From positions 27,120-91,119 of the forward strand of contig JAISHE010000022.1 of assembly GCA_031262745.1 (NCBI GenBank): a stretch of 64,000 bases of DNA, in the 5' to 3' direction. This DNA comes from Culturomica sp. GTDB taxonomy: Bacteria > Bacteroidota > Bacteroidia > Bacteroidales > Marinifilaceae. How positions within the stretch are numbered: position 1 is the first letter of the stretch; each line of letters starts with the position of its first letter. The notes under the pieces are model-generated. The model did not search any database and was not told where the DNA came from. It worked only from the letters and a program-made list of their open reading frames with translations. Positions 57,594 through 64,000 of the stretch are shown here, piece by piece. The translations under genes and the position numbers were made by a program.

Positions 57594-57788
57594 ATCAGCA
57601 TCGTCATTGCCGAAGCGACCAATTTTGACAAATGTGTTCGGATAGAAACGTACCGGGTCTTTGCCGAACAAAACGCCTCAATGGTATCACGACTTATCAA
57701 GGATACCATCAATATGGGTTATATTAAAGTAGAAAACCCCAATAGCACATCTCGCAAGCATGTCAAGTATATCCCATATTGGGGCTAA
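57594..57788 (+). pseudogene. Start-less C-terminal winged-helix gene fragment
   Basis: Open frame ending ...SRLIKDTINMGYIKVENPNSTSRKHVKYIPYWG*. No plausible N-terminus. It overlaps a second start-less fragment on the minus strand (57534-57677). Confidence 0.4.
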
Positions 57789-57919
57789 TCTTATTTGACC
57801 GTTATTTGACTGGTATTATATCTGCCTCCCATATCTGCGTTTTTTCTTTTTCTTGAGCAGCCAATGTTCGGGATGGTTATTGATGTCGTCGTAGCCCGTT
57901 TAAGGAGTGCGCTGAACGT

Positions 57920-58118
57920 CGGCAAACGTCACGGCAAGAGTTATCACAACGTGTCATCGAAAAATTGACTGTGACGCCACTCTCACGACAAGAAATATCG
58001 ACAGCTTTGGGCGAAAGGAAAATTTCGGGACAACTCAACAAAGTCATCTCTCAGCTCCTTGCAGATGGTCTGATAGGATACACCATTCCCTACAAACCCA
58101 ACAGCCGCTTGCAAAAAT
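57920..58118 (+). pseudogene. Orphan duplicate of the 3' end (linker + winged helix) of the AlbA_2/HATPase_c_4 gene
   Basis: 57932-58118 matches 59608-59794 with about 4 mismatches. Homology stops abruptly at CAAAAATA. Confidence 0.7.
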
Positions 58119-58452
58119 ACGTTGTCGGATCCTGCTACGTTTTCGCAACTTGAGCCTAACTCAGATGGTTTTTACTGACTTTGTCGGTGAGATTTTTATA
58201 GACGGGAAAACATAAAAACAACAAAAGTCGTTCCGATTTTTGTTGCATCGTGTCGCATTGTTGCAACTTTAGGTTATGAGAAACACAAATACCTTTTATG
58301 CAAGTTGAGGCAATTTTGAAATACAACAACCTTCGATATCCACAAAAGTTTAGTAAGTCCAACTCTCCTCCGTGCATAAGAATTGATTATCTTTGCGGAT
58401 AGAGAAGATAATTAATTTTAGATAGGTCTACCATATTCAAAATAAGCATAGT

Positions 58453-59838
58453 ATGAGCATCACGGAAAACACCCGGATAGAGTTGAAGCGAGAGCTGACC
58501 AAGAAGTTTGAGAACGAAGCCATCGCTTTCCTCAATTACCACGAAGGCGGTGTTATCTATATAGGCATCGACGATGACGGGATTGTTCACGGTGTAGATG
58601 ACCCTGACGGCGAGATGCTCAAGATTAAAGATCGCCTTAAAAATAACATTAGCCCCTCGATCATGGGACTGTTTGATGTGATGTCCGAGAAGCACGAAGG
58701 TAAGGATGTGATTAAAATTATCTTTGCAAGCGGGTCGGAAAAGCCTTACTACCTTAAAGATAGGAGAATGACAGAGCGTGGGGCGTTTATTCGTGTAGGG
58801 ACAGCTATAGAGCCGATGCCCACGAGAATGATTGAGGATTTGTTTGCCAAGCGAGTCCGCAATTCGCTCCGCAGGATTCAATCCCCACGACAGGATTTGA
58901 CTTTCGGGCAACTAAAAATCTACTATGAAGCCGCAGGGAAGACACTCAACGACCAGTTTGCTGCAACGCTCGAACTTCTAACCGATGAGGGCAAATATAA
59001 CTATGTCGCCTATTTGTTGGCTGATTCTAATGGAGTGTCTATCAAGGAGGCTCGGTACGATGGTCTTACCCGCGTGGACTTGATTGAAAACAACGAATAC
59101 GGTTATTACTGTTTGGTTAAAGCAACCCAGCAACTGTTGGATAAGGTCGAATTGGAAAACAAAACCTATACTCGAATCACCGGTAAAGCCCAGCGTGAAG
59201 AGCGACGACTTTGGAATGGACGAGCATTGCGTGAGGCTGTAATTAATTCGATAGTCCATAACGACTACACGACAGGAGCATCTCCCAAAGTCGAATTTTT
59301 CGACGACCGCATCGAGATTACTTCAATCGGTGGGCTGGTTCAGGGGATGACCAAAGAGGAGTTCTTCTCAGGGTTATCTAAGCCTCGCAATCAAGAACTG
59401 ATGCGCGTCTTTCGGGACTTGGATATAGTCGAGCATCTCGGTTCGGGCATCCCTCGCATCTTAGAGGCATACGGCAAAGAGTGTTTCATATTCTCCGATA
59501 ACTTTTTGCGAATGGTTTTCCCCGCTGCCGAACAGCTGGCAGGCTATTCTGATGTGTCGTTACTCTTGCCACGGCAAGAGTAACGGCAAGAGTCACAGCA
59601 AGAGTCGCGACAAGAGTTATCACAACGTGTCATCGAAAAATTGACTGTGACACCACTCTCACGACAAGAAATATCGACAGCTTTGGGCGAAAGGAAAATT
59701 TCGGGACAACTCAACAAAGTCATCTCTCAGCTCCTTGCAGATGGTCTGATAGGGTACACCATTCCCGACAAACCCAACAGCCGCTTGCAAAAATATCGCC
59801 TTACTGCACTCGGTGAGCAGTTGAAAAAGGGATTATAA
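58453..59838 (+). pseudogene. AlbA_2 (Schlafen-like) + HATPase_c_4 + C-terminal winged-helix protein, interrupted by an in-frame TAA at 59581-59583
   Basis: N-terminal ENTRIELKRE...GGVIYIGIDDDG. Central REAVINSIVHNDY...DDRIEITSIGGL...SKPRNQEL...LGSGIPRI. ORFs 58453-59583 and 59641-59838 are in the same frame. Confidence 0.75.
59572..59619 (+). repeat. 4 x 12-nt tandem repeat encoding (R/Q)QEx linker units
   Basis: CGGCAAGAGTAA / CGGCAAGAGTCA / CAGCAAGAGTCG / CGACAAGAGTTA. Confidence 0.85.
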
Positions 59839-59885
59839 CTATGTGCCGCTGTTATTGGCAATTGCCCAATAATTGCCTAAATTGC

Positions 59886-60137
59886 CTAATGACCGCTTAG
59901 CTCGAAATAGCTTCCTGCACCACGACCAGTGCTTATCAGTAACTTAAATACATTGGTCAAGTCATGTAATTCGTTACTCGCAGTTTGTCTTGAGACCTCA
60001 TTAATTTCCTGATACTCTCCATTTGTAATTCTGCCTTTCTCTTTAACGTAGTCAACCGCTTTCAATTGTCGTTCGTGTGAATACTGTCCACCGGATTGGG
60101 AATATTGTCTACCGGATTGGAAATATTGTCCACCGGA
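59886..60137 (-). pseudogene. Start-less C-terminal fragment of a winged-helix (Fic / AlbA_2-type regulator) gene with a 7-aa repeat linker
   Basis: The minus frame reads SGGQYFQSGRQYSQSGGQYSHERQLKAVDYVKEKGRITNGEYQEINEVSRQTASNELHDLTNVFKLLISTGRGAGSYFELSGH*. It is bounded upstream by TAA. Confidence 0.55.
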
Positions 60138-60143
60138 TTAGGA
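60081..60143. repeat. 3 x 21-nt tandem repeat
   Basis: AATACTGTCCACCGGATTGGG / AATATTGTCTACCGGATTGGA / AATATTGTCCACCGGATTAGG. Confidence 0.8.
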
Positions 60144-60217
60144 ATCCCGTGCAGAATCCCGTCGAAATACTGACAAGCATATAGACACGGGTAGCGGGGT
60201 GTTATCAGGCTTAATGC

Positions 60218-60910
60218 TTACAACGTATTCCTTTGTACCCACTTCAAGACTTCTTCCCGATAATTTCGGGCAACGGGGACTTGGAAGGTGCCGAGTCGTA
60301 ATGTGTTACCCTCCAGCAGATCAATCCGGTCGATATTGACGATGTAGGATTTATGTGTTTGCAGGAAATTTCCTTCCGGCAGCGACTCTCCGATTCGTTT
60401 CAGCGTGGAGTGAGTCAGTATTTTACCGGAGGTGGTATGGATACAGACATAATTCTCCAAAGCCTCCGCAAACAAAATATCTTTCAAGAAAACCTTGCGC
60501 ATCTGCTTATCGCTTTTTATGAATAAGAAGTTTTCTTGGGTGGGTAGGGATTCTTTCTGTAGTAAATCATGTACTTTATTGACCGCCTTTAAGAAACGTT
60601 CAAAAGAGATAGGTTTCAGGAGATAATCCGCTACATCCAGCTCGTAGCCTTTCAGGGCGTACTGCTCGTAAGCGGAGGTAACAATCACTTTCGGCGGATT
60701 GCTTAGTGTGGCTAACAAATCCAGACCGGAAAGATAGGGCATCTCTATATCCAGCAGTAGCAAGTCCGGTCGCTGAGTTTTTAGTAAGGTATTGAGTTGC
60801 ATGGCATCCTCGCAAACCCCTATTAATGAAAGGAAATCCACCTTCTCCACATACGATTGTAACCCTTTCCGAGCCATCGGCTCATCGTCTGTTATCACAC
60901 AAGTTATCAT
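60218..60910 (-). CDS. LytR/AlgR-family response regulator (receiver + LytTR DNA-binding domain)
   Basis: DDEPMARKGL...LLLLDIEMP receiver and a C-terminal LytTR segment. 4-nt overlap with the kinase gene. Confidence 0.85.
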   Translation of the reverse strand: MITCVITDDEPMARKGLQSYVEKVDFLSLIGVCEDAMQLNTLLKTQRPDLLLLDIEMPYLSGLDLLATLSNPPKVIVTSAYEQYALKGYELDVADYLLKPISFERFLKAVNKVHDLLQKESLPTQENFLFIKSDKQMRKVFLKDILFAEALENYVCIHTTSGKILTHSTLKRIGESLPEGNFLQTHKSYIVNIDRIDLLEGNTLRLGTFQVPVARNYREEVLKWVQRNTL

Positions 60911-61938
60911 GATGCTTCGTTTATTTTCAGTATTAATCGCGCGACAAATTCATTATTAACAAGAAAGGTCTCTAACACATACTTGCCCGGATATAACAGC
61001 GCAAGACGTCTTCTTAGGTTCTCCAGACCGATTCCTTTTTTCACCGGATCTATCGGAATGGGAATATCCGGCACAGAGTTCCGAATCGAGAAGCTGATTT
61101 CGTCCGGTTCCCAAGTCATACGAATGTCCAGTTTATAAGCACCGCCCACATACTTGAAAGCATTCTCGATAAGCGGGAGAAACAAGAGCGGGTATATGGC
61201 GATGCGTTCCAAACCGGAAGGGAGTTCGACCTGTAGCTGCAGACGCTCACTCATTCGCATCTTTTGTAAGTTGATATAGGTACGCATATAGTCAATTTCC
61301 TCTTGGACACTGACCATCTGGTTTCCTCCGTATAGCTGGTAACGTAACAAGTCGGAAATCATCTCCAAAGTGCGTCGGGGCAACAGGTTCTTCTCGTCGA
61401 TCTGGAAATAAACCGTATTCAAAGCGTTAAACAGAAAATGGGGATGATATTGGGATTTGAGGAACTTCAATTCCGTTTCTAACTGTTCCGACCTTACTTT
61501 TTCCAGTTGCAAGGTTTGGCTGTGGTAATCCGACTCTATCCGGTTGCTACGAAGTATGATATAATAGACTAAGAAGAAAGGAATACAAATCACATTCACA
61601 ACCACATAATCCGTAAGATGATTGCCCAAGTAGAGAAGCTCTGTGCGTTCCCCCACAAATAAAACCAAATTCAGGACAATTGATACTATCAATATCAGAA
61701 GCGTATATTCCGTCCAGACAGATAGCCGTAATTTGTGCTTTGCCCGAGAAAGAAAGTATCGGATTTCAAAATCATATACATAACACATCGTGATTGTAAC
61801 CAACATAGCGGATAGATGGTTTCTCATGGGACCTGTCCAGAACGTTCCGTCTCGCAATAAGTCTGTCGTCAATCGAATGCAATTGAACATCATTACTCCG
61901 AGAATCAACGGAGAGAGAAAACGATAGAGGAGTTTCAT
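60907..61938 (-). CDS. LytS/YehU-type sensor histidine kinase (membrane)
   Basis: Several TM segments, then the His_kinase motif YHPHFLFNALN and an ATPase region. Confidence 0.8.
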   Translation of the reverse strand: MKLLYRFLSPLILGVMMFNCIRLTTDLLRDGTFWTGPMRNHLSAMLVTITMCYVYDFEIRYFLSRAKHKLRLSVWTEYTLLILIVSIVLNLVLFVGERTELLYLGNHLTDYVVVNVICIPFFLVYYIILRSNRIESDYHSQTLQLEKVRSEQLETELKFLKSQYHPHFLFNALNTVYFQIDEKNLLPRRTLEMISDLLRYQLYGGNQMVSVQEEIDYMRTYINLQKMRMSERLQLQVELPSGLERIAIYPLLFLPLIENAFKYVGGAYKLDIRMTWEPDEISFSIRNSVPDIPIPIDPVKKGIGLENLRRRLALLYPGKYVLETFLVNNEFVARLILKINEAS

Positions 61939-61956
61939 TCGGTATACGGTTTTATG

Positions 61957-64000
61957 TTACAAATCTATTCGTTTACTTTCATTTATGCTACTTTTTTGGC
62001 GAGATTCTTTCACTTCCAATCCCCGATTCAGACGATAAGAGACGCTTACCCCGATCACGGCATTATCTTGCCACTCCTCAATACGTCCCAGAAGGTTAGG
62101 AGCTTGGAGACTTATTTTGGAAACATTTGAGCGAAAGACATCACGGGCGAATAGCCGGATTGATCCCTTGTCGTTCCATATTTTTTTCCGTATTCCGGCG
62201 TTGACTTGCCATAAGGGGTAGACCGTGGCTTGCCCCATCGCCATCTTACCGTTGTAAAAGCCGGAAAGCTCGACGCTCCAGTTGTTTCCCAAGTTAAATT
62301 GGTTGGAAAGATTGGTGGAAAGGGTTAGCCGCTTGTTTACGTCCGTTGGGTAGTTATCCGGCAGGCGATAGAGATTGTAAGTGAGGGAAGCACTTAGGTT
62401 CACGTCCCAAAATGAGGTGATGGGTAGTTGAGAGGTACTGATTTGAGGACCCAGACTTAAGCGGGAGGAAAGGTTGTCCGGAGTTACGTATACTCGATAG
62501 GAACCTTTGTCCAAATAGCTTTTGATAATCGCATCCTGTGTATAGCTGAACTGTAGGCTGACACGGAATAGATCTTTATGGAGATAGGACAGTTCTATGT
62601 TGTCGGTTAGTTCCGGTTTTAGTAGGGTATTGCCTTGTTCATAAGTATAATCGTCGAAGATATAGATGAAGGGATTCAGATCTCGATAATTCGGGCGGGT
62701 GATTCGCTTGCCGTAGGTAAGGGCAAGGCTGTTTCCGCTCTTAAATCTATATTGCAGGGACAAGTTCGGGAATAGATGGGTGTACTGACTTTTTGACGTA
62801 GAATCCTGTTGGGAGGAATTGCCTGATTGTGTACTCTCTATCCGTGTGTTTTCCATGCGAAGCCCCGCTTCTATCCGGAAGGATGCAAAGTTTATGTCCA
62901 ATTGGGCGTATGCGGCATTGATATTCTCGTCATACTTAAAATCGCTGCTGATTTCCCTGTCGGGATTCCAAAGAATATCTTGTAAGCGTTCATAGTCCGC
63001 TCCGTTGTCAATGGAAACAAAAGTGCTCTTCACTCCCGCACGGAGCGTAAAGGTTTCCGAGAAAGGTTGTACCAGATTCGCTTGCCCGGAATAGAGATGA
63101 ATACCTCCGTTCATCATTCCTCTTAGGGTGTCTTCACCATGCAAGAGCTGATTTTCCCGAAAACGGTAGCGCAGGTAATCGGCAGAGGCGTCCAAGATTC
63201 CGCCGTCCGGATTGAAGGTATGGGTCAAGTTAAGAGTAGTTGTGAAGTTGTTTCGGGAACGATCCGTATCGTTCAACGTTCTGAAGGCAGACCTATGATT
63301 GGTTTTTGGAGAGTCAACAAGGCTGGACACATCTCCCAATTCTTGATCATTTCCGAGATTCCCGTCGGTAGAAAATCCGACACTCGTTTTGTCCGAGACT
63401 TGATAATCAACGCCTACTCGGTAGTAATTGGAACGGTTTCGGCGGAGACGGAGAGAGTTCAGTTCTATTTGGGTTGCTTCTTGCTCTTGTTCCGAGATGG
63501 GAAATATGTCTCGATTGGCGATAACCTCATGTTGGGTACGACTTTGGAAATGCGAATAGGAGAGATAGAAATTGAACTTGTTTGTACGCATATTCAAGGA
63601 AGCCGAACCGAATCCTGTCCCATGTTTCCATCGTTCATAGCTGCCGTCTAAGGAGAGATTCATCCCTTTGCGTATGATTTTCTTGGTGCGTATATCAATA
63701 ATTCCGGCGTTCCCGCTCGCATCGTAACGTGCGGAAGGTTGGGAGATTAGGTCAATCTTATCAATCACACCGGCAGGAGTAGACTTCAAAAGGCTCACCA
63801 AGTCCTGACCGGAAAGATAAGTCAACTTGCCGTCCATCATGATATTTACTCCTGCCTTGCCGTTTAAGTAGACGGAACCATCGCTTTGGAGGATTACTCC
63901 CGGAAGGGAGGATAACACGTCGAATGCCGAACCTTGACTTTGAGTGATGGTGGCGTCCATGCGATAGGTCATTTTCCCCGATTGCATCTCTACGCGCGGA
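61957..64000 (-). CDS. Outer-membrane beta-barrel / TonB-dependent-receptor-like protein, N-terminus beyond window edge
   Basis: Plug-like segment (FDVLSSLPGVILQSDGSVYLNGK), a long beta-barrel and a C-terminal aromatic-rich end. The frame is still open at nt 64000. Confidence 0.75.
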   Translation of the reverse strand, partial: PRVEMQSGKMTYRMDATITQSQGSAFDVLSSLPGVILQSDGSVYLNGKAGVNIMMDGKLTYLSGQDLVSLLKSTPAGVIDKIDLISQPSARYDASGNAGIIDIRTKKIIRKGMNLSLDGSYERWKHGTGFGSASLNMRTNKFNFYLSYSHFQSRTQHEVIANRDIFPISEQEQEATQIELNSLRLRRNRSNYYRVGVDYQVSDKTSVGFSTDGNLGNDQELGDVSSLVDSPKTNHRSAFRTLNDTDRSRNNFTTTLNLTHTFNPDGGILDASADYLRYRFRENQLLHGEDTLRGMMNGGIHLYSGQANLVQPFSETFTLRAGVKSTFVSIDNGADYERLQDILWNPDREISSDFKYDENINAAYAQLDINFASFRIEAGLRMENTRIESTQSGNSSQQDSTSKSQYTHLFPNLSLQYRFKSGNSLALTYGKRITRPNYRDLNPFIYIFDDYTYEQGNTLLKPELTDNIELSYLHKDLFRVSLQFSYTQDAIIKSYLDKGSYRVYVTPDNLSSRLSLGPQISTSQLPITSFWDVNLSASLTYNLYRLPDNYPTDVNKRLTLSTNLSNQFNLGNNWSVELSGFYNGKMAMGQATVYPLWQVNAGIRKKIWNDKGSIRLFARDVFRSNVSKISLQAPNLLGRIEEWQDNAVIGVSVSYRLNRGLEVKESRQKSSINESKRIDL

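Noticed and set aside
57292-59583. Stop-codon reassignment, as an explanation for the two in-frame stops (TAG 57292, TAA 59581).
   Set aside because: TAA and TAG clearly terminate housekeeping genes in the same window at the expected protein ends. Examples are cysD, cysN and rpsI (TAA), and topA and folA (TAG).
57920-60143. Shufflon or invertible-cassette system swapping alternative winged-helix C-termini onto the AlbA_2 gene.
   Set aside because: No recombinase or integrase gene lies in or next to the patch. The duplicate at 57932-58118 is in direct, not inverted, orientation. No inverted repeats bracket the cassettes. Decay is the simpler explanation.

Overview
This window reads as a Bacteroidota (Bacteroidales-like) chromosomal segment. 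The evidence is SusC/SusD loci, TAnnTTTG-type -7 promoter boxes, no Shine-Dalgarno dependence and a PG0541-type RND accessory gene. Content from left to right:
- cysD(partial)-cysN-cysH for sulfate assimilation.
- A seven-gene minus-strand operon: an iron-sulfur flavoprotein, a 74-aa orphan, two DRTGG proteins, an RsbW-like ATPase, a hydrogenase-like Fe-S protein and a PHP phosphoesterase.
- A divergent 2-aminoethylphosphonate (AEP) biosynthesis operon, then folA and tsaC.
- An ISL3-type IS next to an initiator-type tRNA-Met.
- A low-GC housekeeping core: PAP2, thioredoxin, ispE, a TetR-TolC-MFP-RND-PG0541 efflux operon, topA, a ppiD-like gene, yfhO, rplM-rpsI-rpsB-tsf, yceD-rpmF-fabH, two bactofilins, kdsB, frr and a DEAD-box helicase.
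- Two tandem SusC/SusD/lipoprotein loci that share an almost identical ~690-bp promoter, leader and 5'-coding block.
- A decayed accessory patch (57.4-60.2 kb) holding an AlbA_2/HATPase_c_4 gene broken by an in-frame TAA plus several winged-helix gene fragments.
- A LytTR two-component pair with an outer-membrane beta-barrel gene, truncated by the window edge.

The best candidate for a poorly described system is the hydrogenase-like, DRTGG, RsbW-like ATPase and PHP operon at 2976-7058. The twin SusCD loci with their conserved leader come second. All calls come from reading the ORF translations and the DNA by eye. No database search, HMM, folding or GC computation was run, so family names are motif-based recognitions. 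Percent identities are hand counts.
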